From Ancylonema sp. (taxonomy: Eukaryota), in NCBI GenBank assembly GCA_050230475.1, contig JBFLGF010000191.1, positions 1-63,760 of the forward strand: a stretch of DNA of 63,760 nucleotides, written 5' to 3'. The notes below the pieces were generated by a model. It had not been told where the DNA came from. It saw only the letters and a program-made list of their open reading frames with translations, and made no database searches. Below, piece by piece: positions 38,730-54,070 of the stretch (within the stretch, counting starts at the first letter, position 1; each line of letters starts with the position of its first letter). Position numbers and translations under genes: made by a program.

Positions 38730-39470
38730 CGTGTGACTCTTCATGCTCTATCTAATAAAAATATTAAACAATTTATATCCATGGTATACAAACTAAAAAC
38801 GATTTTCCGCATGAGTACACCCTTATGATAATTGGTGCATTTGTATAATTTGCTCGCTTCTTTGCAAACTGGTTTTCTATTTATGTACAAGTGGTTAAAT
38901 GAAATGGTTATATCTTTTTATGATCATCCAATGCTCATTTCCATTACATATATCTTTCCTCATTCCCATTTCCGTGTTTTACTTCCATGTGAAAATGTTG
39001 CGAGAGGATGTTTTTACCCGTAATCTAATGGCAATTGACATATGCTTCAACCTTCCATTTTTGTTCTCTTTTAAATCGTGCTCACAAAGCTCCAACATGA
39101 CTTTTATAATTACACTCGTCTCCTCTACCTTCCACATCCCTTGCTTCTCCAAAGCCGGATGTGTGTGTCAAAGTGGAAGGCCGGGTGTTGTTTTCGGCCA
39201 ATGAAATTGCACCAAAACGTCTTACCATGGCTCATTAGAACTTGCAATGGCCGCGCAATTTTTTCCCGATGAAATGTATAGTAATTTTAGCGAATGAAAG
39301 TGACGTGGAGTCACCAACATAAACATGTACAATGATTTCCCCGCCTACATTTCTTGGGAGGGAAAAAATATGATACCGCGGAAAGGAGGAAAACCCAACA
39401 AATCACCCGGTTCGTCCGATTCCGAAACGGTTCCATCTTGAAACCAGTTTTGTTACCGGTTGCAACTATG
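38560..39470. mobile_element. hAT-like non-autonomous element
   Basis: Ends CATAGTTGTAC / TTGCAACTATG; flanks GTAATTTG / GTTCTTTG (6/8 match). Confidence 0.75.
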
Positions 39471-39689
39471 GTTCTTTGAGAAGCGTCACTTTACAATTTA
39501 TACACGAAGCTTCGCAGAATTGTCGATATCAAGCCGGGATTTTCAAGTTTACACGTGTAGGAACCAATAAACACGTACGGATTCGTGTGTTTTCTATGAT
39601 CGCATGTGTTTACTTAAAACTTCACAGGTATTGTCTTACATTTAAACAAAAAAGCATCGTTCAGTTGTACGGAAAAGTACATGTCCTTG

Positions 39690-39930
39690 TACCGCACTGG
39701 CCACACATAATGACCCTAAATACTTATGAAAAGGGTGGGTCGGGTCAAATTAAATAATTCAGTTTCTTGAAAAAGTGGGCCATTCTATAATGTGGGTCAA
39801 TAGATAATAAATATTTCTCACGATGTTGGAGAATTTTCTATTGGGTGCGCGGGTTGGGTCAAGTGGCGGTTTCTTAGCTAAATTAATTCGTTTGAAATAA
39901 CCTTGGTCATTATCTATGGCCCCTACGGTA
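39690..39930. mobile_element. Tc1/mariner-like MITE, inverted copy of 13472-13714
   Basis: TACCGCACTGGCCACACATAATGACC / GGTCATTATCTATGGCCCCTACGGTA; the interior is collinear with the reverse complement of 13472-13714. Confidence 0.85.
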
Positions 39931-41152
39931 TATTTGTACATCATACACTCGAAATACGATATTTTGATTATAATATAATGTGTACGGTGGTATACGGTAT
40001 GTGTTGGTTCCACTTAGATTACGCTTGTGCCCGGGGTAACGGAAATTCTGGGTCCGTCATGACCAAAAGTAGTGAATCGTGGTAATTCGTAAGTTTACCA
40101 CGGGTCCGCGTAATGACGCGTCAAATGACGCGTTATTCACTGTCAAACGTTACCGTCACGGTATCGTCCACAACCCTACGAGTAATGCTCTTGTGTGTAA
40201 TTGCCATGCACTAGTTATGCAATTTCACAAATGTACTCCTCTCCTGCATCCTTTCATTCATTGTTTGTGGGGAACTAAGACATTGAGGGGAGGAGTGAGG
40301 ACATGGAAAGAAGGCGTGTTCATTTGAGGTAAGGAGCACTTTTCTTCTTGTGAACATGTGCGCACATGTGCAGGCATGTGCGTGGCCGAGTGTTGCAGGT
40401 TCGCAAAGAGTGCGCAGTGACATTTGAGTTAGGCCCTATCCCGCCTGGTCCTAGCCTATCCACGTTTCCGGATTCCCCGCTCGCGCCCTATCCTGTCAGC
40501 ACTGGGTTGGGGATTACCCAGTCGAAAGGCGAGGGGGGTGGGGCATTTGGGTCAGCACCACTTATGGTACACATGAGGGTTGTCGTTTTTGTTTTATCAA
40601 TTTTCACCGATGATCGGCGTCTCCGATCTGGATTGGGGCCGGTCGGAGATACCCTGATCCGGTTGCCTTACTAAATGTATACAACTCTGAAACCCTGATG
40701 GAGGAGGGTTCATCGATTGTAGACCCCTCTACTCTGATGCAGACATACGCCCTTCACTAGTGTAATGAATGAAGATGTCACCTTCAAGTTTCGAAAACTT
40801 CGGCCTTGTGTTCTTTTTTGAAACCCAAGACAGGTCACGCTAATAAGCCATCTAATCCCAATACTTGTTCATGCATATGAATACAGTCTGCACACAGTGA
40901 CAAACAACAGCCCTTGTGCTTCTTGGGAGATGACGTCACACGTCTACTCATCCCACCATCTTGGATGATCAAACCCAAAAGAGCTAAATAGGCTTCATGA
41001 GCCCATAGAGCCTACAGAGTCCACCGCACACTCAAAAAGCGTTTTGTACACCATACACAAGATGGCTACTAGTCTTGATTTATAGGAACTGTGCGAAACA
41101 CTGAACACACGTGAATCGGACCAGAAATTCCTATATTCAATATCCGTAATCC

Positions 41153-43756
<2,604 letters not shown>

Positions 43757-44705
43757 GGCTGCTGTCAACCCGTCTGCACAACATCAACAGTTCCTCGTAA
43801 TCAGCTCCAGCGACGAGGAATTTGCGCAATCTGCAAACCACTCTACGGCAACCCGCGATAGCGCTTTCTGCAACATAGCCTTAATGGCCTCAATTTAACT
43901 GCAGGTGGTCACTGATTGACGTTGACTACCACACTACTACTCCTATGACAATAATAAACTGAGCCATACGGTCCAGAAGGGCCAATATGGTCGTCCGAGT
44001 GAGCAGACAGTGCACCACTAAACCCGCACCATACAAATATAATAAGGCGGCTACGGTACTGTCGTGCCGGATGACTAGTACTGCTGCCCAGTCCGGTCGA
44101 AGGAAGAAAACTCAGTTGGTGGATTTTATAAAAGGAATGTTTCTTCTGAGTGTATTGGCATGCATCTTCGCGTGACAAATGCGCACAGAAAGGATAAAAC
44201 TTCACGATAAAATTACCCACTAAACCTGTCCTGTACGACCGGGTGTCCAGCAGACCCAATGTAATCATGACCTGCACTCTGTGCTCTTCTACGATCGAAG
44301 ACAGATACCCTCTCACCTCAGGGACAAGCTGGCGACCTAGAGACGCAAAAGAGGGAATGCTAGGGTGAGGCCATCAGGTCTTATCAGCTGCACACCGATG
44401 GCGAGAGAGGAGCTTCGCTTTTGAATCCCTGAACCCCAAGAAAGAGTGGCAGAAATCAACAATATCGGCAGAAAGGTTCTGCGCGAACTTCCACGTTTTA
44501 GGCAACACTCAGTACACCCCCGATATGAGAACTTACAGCACAGCAACACCTGTCTAGATTTATAACCTGTCTAATCGACTAGAAAATCTGGCGCCCTGGA
44601 TAGAAGAAACTTTTCTCTTATTTTTCCCCTGCCAAATCTCCCTCGATATTAGCATAAGAAACCGCGATATAAGAAATATAGAAATACAGATTTTATTATT
44701 ACGAG

Positions 44706-45247
44706 TACCGTACCAGCCAGAGATAATGCGCCAGCAGATCGGAAAATTAATTATTAATAGTAGGCTCCAAACAGTTGCGCCAGCCAAATTTGAATTAATT
44801 AGTACGCGCCAAGAGTGTGCGCCATGCAAATTTTAATTAATAAAAATGATCCAAAATCCAATCCAACTTGCGCCGTTATATAGGGACATGCGGGAGCTTT
44901 CAACCCATGGGTTCTGAGCTCCTCGATCCTAGCGACCTTCCAAACTGTGCCAAAGACCGCTTTCCGTACACGAGCCCGGGGTTCCGCAGCTCGAAACCCG
45001 GGGGCGTGGAGCTATTCTTCGTTATAGAAGAAATAAATATAAATATTGAAATTTGATTCTCGATGGGAGATCAGAATATTCGCTAAATTATATTGTTGCG
45101 CCAAATTTTCGTCGATTTTATTTAGTTATTTGCGCCAAAAGGGTGCGCCAGCGTGGTCAAAATAATTAATAAATAACGCGCCAAAAACGTGTGCACCATG
45201 CAAAATGGTACTTATTTTTTGGCGCGTTATCTTTGGCTGGTACGGTA
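44706..45247. mobile_element. Tc1/mariner-like MITE
   Basis: 28-bp TIRs TACCGTACCAGCCAGAGATAATGCGCCA / TGGCGCGTTATCTTTGGCTGGTACGGTA with TA ends; internal GCGCCA repeats. Confidence 0.88.
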
Positions 45248-45709
45248 GGGTTGGTGACACCGCATTTTCGGCCCGCGGTAGGGGGTTTCTACCACGGTAT
45301 TCTCCCCCAACCGCTTCCTACCGATTTTGGATTCAGTCCGACTGAGCATCGGTCGGGGGTAGGACGGCAATAGGCAGTAGGGAAATCGGTAGGGACACGG
45401 TAGGGACACGGTAGGGAGCGGTAGGAAACGGTAGGGATTTTTTTTTCCAGCGTAAAGTCAAAGATATAATTGGCGACCCAAAAAAAAAAGTAACGGAAAT
45501 ATTCGATTCCCTGCTGTTCCCTACCGATCCCTACCGTTTCCTACCGTTCCCTACCGATTATTTCCTACCGCCCTACCCCCTACCGAGCCAACCGCGGTTG
45601 GGCTAATTTCCCTACCCCCTACTACATATTTGAGCATCGGTAGCTACCGCGGTAGCTACCGCGGTGAAACGGTAGGAAGTTGGGCGGTAGGGCGGTGTCG
45701 CCGACCCTA
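45246..45709. mobile_element. hAT-type MITE with CGGTAGGG/CCTACCG subterminal repeats
   Basis: TIRs TAGGGTTGGTGACACCGC / GCGGTGTCGCCGACCCTA; 8-bp TSD ATTACGAG at 44698-44705 and 45710-45717. Confidence 0.88.
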
Positions 45710-46819
45710 ATTACGAGTTTCTTAGTCACGGTAAGACCCCTCTAAATTATAATTCCCTTTTCAGCAAAACCTGTCTAAAAGAATACCGCCTAAAAGAATA
45801 ACCTCTCTAAAATAATAGAAAATGTCCCCTCCAACGTTGAGAAGTGTAGTTGTTCAACCGGTCTAAATGAATAACTTGTCCAAAAAAATAAAAAATAAAT
45901 CCCCCCCAACACTGTTCTTTTTGACAAATTTTATTGTATCAATATCCTTCGCCTATCCATACTTCGAAGATTACTTTTCTCTAGGAATGTGGCGCAACCC
46001 GAAGCCCTTCGGGTTGCGTGTTGCTATTTTTTTCGCAACCCCACGCAATCCCGCACAACCCCACGCAACCCCACACAACAACACGCAACCTCAAAAAGCA
46101 ACAACCAACCCCAAAAAACAACACGCAACAAAAAAAAAACACAAAAAAAGTCAAGTCACCCCCAAATGATGCAATGATAGAAACAAAGTTATGATACATG
46201 TAATGCGAGTTGAGCGTTGTTATTAGTAACGCACCGCACATGAGGAAGATGGAATCACTGGAAGGTAGTGAGATGGTCTCAATGTAAACAAAATGTATAT
46301 TTCTTTTGCATGTCGACTTGTGATGCCTTCAACATCGATGCTCGGATTAGATGATTGGTTTGCTTTACTTGAAAGTAAAGAAAACCAATGGTTGGTTTTC
46401 TTCATCCATAACGCAACGAGCGTTTTTATAATTTGTTTTTTAGTACCTTAATATGTTCAACATATGGTATCGCTCCGCACCAACATTTCCCATTTCTTCA
46501 TCGTTTTCAAGGAAAACATAGCAATTGTTCATACATTAAAATATTAGTATAAATCTAACATAGTATCTCACTTATAATTCATGGGAGTGTGAAACCATTG
46601 CAATGCTTTGAAGCGTGAATAAAAAAATAAGCAATACATGGGGCCACCGTGTGAGTGATATTTTTATGTGAGTGAGGGAGACTACACATGGCAGTTGGCA
46701 TAGAGCATGACAAGTAAGGGATTCGGTCCAATACATTTTACAAATTTCTTGGAATACATACCCAACAACAAAATTGTCATAAATAAAAGTGCCGCAATCA
46801 TAACTCGAAGTGTATCTAT

Positions 46820-47180
46820 CGTTGCCTGCTACGGAGCTTGGTGTGCTCACACTTTTACACGACGCAAGTCGGTGTGCACACTCACAATTTCTTTGTTGCT
46901 GAATACAAGCAATGCAGACTTACACATAAACTATTGCTCGTTGATCGAGAGTTATCGTTGTACATAGTGTACTATTGTATCGCATTCTTTATATATCAAA
47001 CTCCCATGTAGAGCTATCGCGTTGTCAACTTGCCCGTAGTGAGAGAGTTGCCGAGTTGCCGAGTTGCCGAGGCGTTTAGATGATCGTTTACGATCACTGC
47101 CGCGATTCAAGCGAGCCAAACTCCTAAGATTAAGCGAAAGGGACCCTAGCCATCAACTTTCCTGAGACTACTTGGGATAC
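46820..47180 (+). repeat. Fragment of the LTR-like family of 56442-57332 (3' portion)
   Basis: CACACTTTTACACGACGCAAGTCGGTGT, GATCGTTTACGATCAC and AGCGAAA...GCCATCAA..TTCCTG blocks match the reverse complement of 56442-56780. Confidence 0.75.
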
Positions 47181-48134
47181 CTCGAGCCTCTCCTAGCGTA
47201 CAAAGATCTTTCATCTCATAGAGTCACTCAAGAAGTGCGTGATGGAATGGTAAGCATGTTTCTTGAAGACTGCACTGATATCAGCATTGAGACCAACACC
47301 CGACTACTCGGTGCAGCGAAGTGCATGGAGAGATGGATCAGTGATGCTATAGCAACCAAATACAAATGAGGACGTAAATGAGCGAGTTGTGAATGGATTC
47401 GTAGATGACCAAGTGCAAGCTAGAAAAGAAGACCACAAAGTAGAATCTGTGTAAGAAGTGAAAGTGGAGAAAGTAGTCGAGGGAGATCCTGAGTTGATCG
47501 ATGAAAACGAGAAAGAGGAGAGGGAGCTGAGGCAGCGACTGAAGGATCTTGAGTGGAAATGGGATGAGTTGTAGCGAAGCCGAAGGGACATGGGAATCTC
47601 CAACGCTTCAGAAAGGAGCAACGGAGTAGATGAGGAACGACGACTGCAAGTGGACCTGGCTGGAGCAAAGCTAAGGATATTTGGGGGCATGGCATACAAG
47701 TATGAGGGGGCAAGAATGCGATCAACATACATTCCACCTCGGGTGGCGAGGGAGAACACAACAATGGACAATGGCTGGGATCCCGAGGGCATCAAGAAGT
47801 ATAACGATCAGAGTGACGAAGAGTTTGACATGTATATCGATGACTAGAGACGTGTGAACGTGGATGAGAAAGGAAAGAAACAAAAGGAGACACTTGGTAT
47901 AAATCGACAGGATCATGGATGGATTTCGAGAATGTTCTTTGGGACGTATGGAGTGCAGCGTATGTATGTAGTAAAAGTTTTTCTTTGTGAAGGAGAGCAG
48001 AAGTAGTGGAGGGATGTGGTACGGAAATAGTGAAATTTCTACGATAATTATTATAAAAAAAAAAAAAAAAAAAAAAGGGGAAGGGGGAGTTTTTTTTTAA
48101 GAAGAGGATATAGTCACTATTCTTGATTAGGGGG

Positions 48135-48240
48135 TATAGTGGAACCTGTCCTAATTAATACTGACGTGTTAATTAATAACCTGTCTTAATTCACATTTTT
48201 TCCGGTCCCGACAGTATTAATCAAGACAGGTTTTACTGTA
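48135..48240. mobile_element. Tiny pogo/Tigger-like MITE (106 bp)
   Basis: TATAGTGGAACCTGTCCTAATTAATACTG / CAGTATTAATCAAGACAGGTTTTACTGTA; a related end lies at ~29507. Confidence 0.75.
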
Positions 48241-48280
48241 TGTTGGAATAATAATTGTAAATGCATCAAGTTAATAAATT

Positions 48281-49150
48281 TATAGTCGGCCCCGCCCCGC
48301 AAATCCCGTCCCGCTTTTCGCCCCGGGCGGAAAATTTTCTGCCCGGGGCGGAGCTGTAGAGATTTTCTTTGCTATTTGTAAAAGGATCCGAAGACCACGT
48401 AGATCATGTACATCTTTTCCAAATTCAAATCCGACTAGAATAGTTATAGTTAGGTACACATGAATTTTCATATAAAGTAGCACAATTTGCGAAGGTGGTA
48501 TTGTGATTGCTCACTCTTCATCAACAAGTTTTTTCCTTTTCGGATATTTCCTCTTAGTAATATTTGGTTTTTTGCTCCAAATGATAACGAGATTCCCATC
48601 TCTGTTAGCCTATAATTACCAACACATAAACAAAAACGAAAAAAATCATAATATACATGCGAAGGGATGTTACAAAACGGCATTGGTACAAACATTTTAT
48701 ATATTTTATATATATGAAAATAATTGTTATATCCATACATATATATATATATAAATATAAATATGTATATATATGCATAAATATATATATTTTAAAACAC
48801 TAAGTACGCTTGCTATCTTTACCCGTGTAATATTCTTTTGTATATCTCAAATTTTATTTTATTTACTTTTTTTTTTTCAACGCATTACACCACGTCATGC
48901 TACGGAGCCGGACTCATGGGTGACATTAGATGATATCGGACGTGTTACGTTTTGCGCACACTCTGCAAGAATTCAGTTTTGAACAAACCGAACATATCTC
49001 AGCATTTGTTTTTGTTTTTTTTGTTTTTTTTTTGGTATCGTGACCTATGGCTTTGCCCCGCAAATTCCGGCCCGCTTTCCGCCCCGGGAGAGCCCGTTCC
49101 GGGCGGCGCCCGGGGTGGAAAATCTTCCGCCCGGGGCGGGGCCAACTATG
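48281..49150. mobile_element. hAT-like non-autonomous element with GC-rich GCCCCG subterminal repeats
   Basis: TIRs TATAGTCGGCCCCGCCCCG / CGGGGCGGGGCCAACTATG; flanks AATAAATT / AGTAATTT (6/8 match); AT-rich core. Confidence 0.75.
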
Positions 49151-49739
49151 AGTAATTTGCATGGTAGTGATTCGGGGTTATTAAGTATCGGGAAATAATA
49201 AATAAATAGGTATCGACGAAAGGGTTCATCATCATCATTTGAGACATTGTACGATAGTAAAAATGTCGAGTCGTTATGTGACATACCGACAAGAATAGAT
49301 AAGGGATGGGCAAGGGGCATAAATAATATTGGAAGTAATTGAAAAAATACATTTTGGAATAAGGACATATTAGGGGTTATTTTGTAAAAGGACAATAAAT
49401 TGTTCGGTATATCGATATGTCGATTGTTCGACATTTGATCGATGACATAATTCATATATAAGAAATAAGTAGAGGGAAGGTTCTAGTAAATTGATAGACG
49501 TGACTAGCATATTGATAGGGGTTGGGATAGATTATCGGGATGACTAGATGAGTTAGCAATATGACTAAACATTTGCGGCGCCGTAGAGAAAATCGTACGG
49601 TAGTCGGAATGTTCGGTATCTTTTTGTAACTCGAGGGATAAAGCCTGTATTGGCGACAACCTCCGAGTAATTATTTTCATCCACTACTTCATTTGCAGTC
49701 ATATTGTTGCTTGATCTTATGGATGTTACCAGCAATTCG

Positions 49740-49855
49740 TCAGCGTCAACCGAAGTATAGGTTGTCATAGCGTCAGTCGATGTATAGGCTGTCAAGAAGC
49801 ATCAACCGGTGAATAGGTTGACAAGAATAGCGTCAGTCGAAGAATAGGCTGTCCC
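49740..49855. repeat. Four degenerate ~27-31-bp tandem units
   Basis: GC(G/A)TCA(AC/GT)CG...ATAGG(T/C)TG recurs four times. Confidence 0.7.
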
Positions 49856-51624
49856 CGATGTCTGAATCCGAACAAATAAAAGATGACTAGAAGAAACTAC
49901 AAAGTGACTAGGATAGCGGCGCCATAACTTTATGCGGTACGCTAGGAGATTCTAAAAACTTTTGTATCCACAAGGGATAAAACCGACTTGGCAAACATCC
50001 TAAAATCAGTTATTCCAATCATCTTGACATCCTTGCATAATGTTGCACTCGTGTTGAATGTTTTTTGTAGTTCCCCTATGTTTCCCTTGCATCGATAGCT
50101 CCGGACCATACTGTGGAAGTCCCTGTCTCCAGAGAGGCAGAAACGAAGTCCTGCCCACAGAAAGGCTGAAGCGTGAGAGAGATTCTTGTCCACAAAGAGA
50201 CAGAGGTCAGTCAAAGGAAATAGTTGTCGAGAGCGTCGATAGTGTTTCGATAAGACGTTTGACAACGAACAGATTATGTATACGCCTATAATACGCCTTT
50301 CGAGAAGTATGTAAATTAGTTGTAGTATAGTGTGAAAATACACGTGCCTGAATCGGGTGGTGAAGTAATTTTATGTAGCATCATGTGTCATGGAAGAGTT
50401 TTAAGAATAGAGTCTACTTAAGTGTTTTCGGGAGCATTGTCGTCAACAGAGTTACGGATTGTTGCTCGGCTGTTTTAGGGTGGGGTGTGCTTGCCTTATT
50501 CTGTTCCGTTAGGGTGGTGAAATAACGTACTCAGATGGGGTTCCAATTGTGCTCCAAAAACGCATAAAACGCATCTCCACGTTTTCGGGAGGATATGAAC
50601 ATGGGCAAAGTAAGACGCGAACGTGTAAATGACATATTGAAAATAGATTGAGACGTTCAAGTGTGAATGTGAATCATTCCATGTTTTCGAAATTTGTCGC
50701 AATTTGAAAAATACGACATGGAAAAGAAAGTTTCGATACTATGTATTATTTCCCCATACAATTTGGGAAGAAGTCTCTTTCTGCTTTTTTATTTGAAAAT
50801 GGTGACAACACGCATATTCCTTAGCACTAGTTGTTTTCATAACTCATATGTTATGCTAAATATTTGTTTGAAAATGTTGTTAAAATCACAAGACAAATGA
50901 TCCACACAATAATTGAATTTTCGGAGTTCTCTTCACAAAGAAACCTGTTATCACCCCGAAAAACTGAAATAACCACAATCTGCAGGTCTGGTACGTTGGA
51001 TGGACCCCGGTCCGGAACCTGGACCTCGGGAACCCGGTTCGTGCAACTATGCTACATCTTTTTGATTCAAATATGACAAGCTGATGCCACCATGCCCAAC
51101 TCCCATATTCCAATCAGATTAAGATACTAAAAACCACATCATCAAGACGGCTCATTCGCTTTTTCAAAGGTGTCCGATTGAGTTTCAAAGAATAAAAGAA
51201 TGCACTAAAATAGTGTGTGAAGCAAGCAAGTGTCTAAAATTTGTCATCATCTACACTTGACAAACTAGATCACATACTAGTAAAACAGATCACACACAAC
51301 TTTGATGGTTCATCACGCTTTCTTGCTCGATACTTCATGAGCCACTATCGTACAACAGTAATGTACAAGCGGAGACCTTGCACCAACAAAACGCCGGTTT
51401 CAACGACCCACGACACACTCCTTAATAATTTTCTACATTCACACACTAATATTGCTTGGAGGCACGCTTCCACGAGCACGAAGTCTCTTTCCTTCCACGT
51501 CGCCTTGGTGTCGGTTCCTCCGATTTGCTCGAGATCGATTTTGTTTGCACCGTGATTGGTTGGAGCACCGGTTTTGAAAGCAACTTGGGAGCAACGGAGG
51601 TGGTCGATGAGTTTTTCCACACTT

Positions 51625-51924
51625 GCCTTCTTCATCCTTTTTCCGCACCACCACCGTAGCCGATGCGTACTTGGTTTGTGTGCTTTTCCGAATCATGCCG
51701 AGGACCATAAGTTTTTGGCAATTTTGGTCGACAAACTCCCACTCTGTAGGGCTGAGTCGATGTGCACTTTGAAAGACGGGTTCTGTTGTAGTAAGGGGAA
51801 TGGTCATGGGTGTATTGTAAGATGTACCCAGATCGTCGAAGGAAAATGTAAAACAATCGCAATTCTCCTCTAGAAGGTTCACCACTTTTCCCCGTTGTTC
51901 TTTTGTAAGTTGCGCACCGATGTT
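51625..51924 (-). pseudogene. Ty3/Gypsy reverse transcriptase N-terminal stub
   Basis: VVNLLEENCDCFTFSFDDLG...MTIPLTTTEPVFQSAHRLSPTEWEFVDQNCQKLMVLGMIRKSTQTKYASATVVVRKKDEEG; recognisable homology stops before the RMCxDYR and YxDD motifs. Confidence 0.85.
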
Positions 51925-52244
51925 CTATTTAATGTCAGGTGTTGGTGGATCGTTGGTGTCGTTGACGGGTAAAATGGAACCATGTGATAGGTTGCCAAAT
52001 TCAGGTGGGATGATGTGCTCCAAAGATGGGGATGTGTCCGCCAAATATTGACCATCCATTGTTGTTGGTTCGAAGACTTGTACTTTATTGTCGAAGAATT
52101 CACCGGATTCTTTATCGAAGTGTAAATGATGGAAGTCGTCGGGAACCGTGTAAAATGCTCCCCTCCTAACCGTAGATGATGATGCCGGATGGTTGGGTGA
52201 TTTTGGTTCCGCATATTTAAGTGGTGTGTTGTGGACAACAAGTA

Positions 52245-53160
52245 GCATGCCTCCTAACCACTTCACCATGTTGCGGTCCATTGAGCGGTCAAGCAATTGA
52301 TTACGTTGGTAATCGTTGAGTCTTTTTGCATTCTTATCGCTACACTCAAACCCCATCATTCTTTCTCTTTCCCACATGTTCGAAGATTCCCAATCATGGC
52401 GTGTGTGAGTGTACACCATGCCGGGTCCGGGACTTCCATCTGATTGCATGACGAATTGGTAACTCCCAGGAAATGACACCAAATTTGGTAAAGCTCGTCA
52501 TTTTTCACCGATTTTATTGACAGTGGCAAATGGTGGAGTGTCGTTTTGAAATACCAGAGCCGGTGAATGATACCTCTCCAAATGTAATTCCACCAGTGGG
52601 AGATCTGGCACGTCTGGTAGTGCGTTTTCCAACATTTGTGGTTTAATGAAGTTGGTCCAGATGCATTGAAGCCGGTGTGCTGTGCTACCGCAGCCTACAG
52701 CATCCACCACTGCGGGCGTTTCTAGGAAGGATTTGATGAGAATTGTTGTGTCAACAACTTCTTGATTGAGTTCGCCCAGCGGGTAAGTATTTTCAAACAC
52801 GAACACTTGGGGGTATAGTTTGATTTCCGTCAAATGGTTGACCGCCCGAATGAGGTCGAAGAAGTAGGGAAAGCGTTCATCTTGTATCCCAACTTGAATC
52901 CTCCTCGGCTCACCATTTGGCATTCCCATCCTGCTACAATGTAGTCAATAGGTCCTTCTAACTTCACTAATGCAGTCAGGTGATCATTTGAAATTTGACT
53001 TATTTTTATTTTTTGGTAAAAATGTGCTTGATGTGTGTCGAGAATCCTTGCAGATGTTTGTATGGGTAAAACATCGCACAAGGTAACGTGCTTCCATGAT
53101 TGATACCAAACCACTACAACTCGATCCACCGAATGGTTCCCAAACATGTCCTTGTTGTAT
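52245..53160 (-). pseudogene. Retrotransposon-encoded cytosine-5 DNA methyltransferase domain (disrupted)
   Basis: Motif I WEPFGGSSCSGL (~53139-53104), motif IV GPIDYIVAGWECQMVSRGG (Cys at 52920-52922), GIQDERF, motif VI FVFENT, motif VIII DAVGCGSTAHRLQCIWTN, motifs IX/X ERERMMGF...QRNQLLDRSM; at least two frameshifts and one internal stop. Confidence 0.88.
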
Positions 53161-53764
53161 GGGTTTAGGGTCAAAACGCGCATTGGCCCGTGGTGGTATA
53201 GGAACAGCGTCACGGATTGGGATACCTTGTCAAGGTCGTGGAGACGGTGCTATTCGAAGAGTCAACACCCGAGTCTCTGCTTGCCGAAGGGTTTCATGCT
53301 TTGTAAACGTAAAGCCGTCAATCTTTGAGTTGCCGTTTTCTCCGAAACTTATGCAAGTGTTCGGCCCGAAACTTCAAGTTGAGGGCGTATAGCATCACGG
53401 ATGTCCGTGTGACATTTGTAGTTAGATACACGAGGGTGTTTGTTTCCCAATTCGTAAAAATTGCTCAAAGTCCTCCTCTGGTATAGTGAGAGTGACTACA
53501 ACCTTCCGATGTTGTAAATTGTTTTCTGACACATGGAACTCATAGTCAGCCAACACGTCGTCCTCATGTGTTGAAGCAAATATTGTTTCATCTTCGCGTC
53601 CCAAGATATCGACTGATGTGCCGATCTCCATCTCCATATATTGCATAGGTTTTGGATTGGAGGTTGGATGTGGCTGGTGATGCGCAATCCGAATAGAAGC
53701 CATTTGTTTGCCTCCCTTGTCCTAGTCTACATGGCAATGAAACCGATGGGTCCAAGTGTCGAGA

Positions 53765-54070
53765 CTACTCCGATGGGAACCAGGAATGCATTCCCAAGAA
53801 GCACCGAGAAGGCGTCTGCTAGTGAAAGATGTAAGTTTGTAAATACAAACTATTGGTGTGCATCTTTGCCAATGCTGATAGGGAACTTCTTTTTGGTTGT
53901 CTTTAGAGACGTATGAATATCGCCACATGCGGTTGTATATGCAATGCAAGGCTCGACGTCCTAGGGTGTAATGTCCAAATCTTTAGTTAAACCTTTTCCG
54001 ATGATCACGGTGCCTCCACCTGAATCCACAATGACGTTTTGTGCAGGGACTTCTCCAATTCGCAGATTAT
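53765..54070 (-). pseudogene. Retropepsin-like aspartic protease remnant
   Basis: VIVDSGGGTVIIGK, then in frame past two stops AYTTACG and AFSVLLGNAFL. Confidence 0.8.

Noticed and set aside
40690..40745. Possible C/D-box snoRNA downstream of RPS7
   Set aside because: The C box is imperfect (TGATGG), the candidate is short and I could not identify an rRNA-complementary guide.
45992..46020. Perfect hairpin GCAACCCGAAG-CC-CTTCGGGTTGC as a terminator or ncRNA
   Set aside because: It is embedded in GCAACCC repeats typical of a MITE subterminal region, with no other RNA-gene features.
47172..47950. Acidic coding-like segment
   Set aside because: It has multiple stops and no recognisable motif or coherent splice structure; probably decayed TE sequence.
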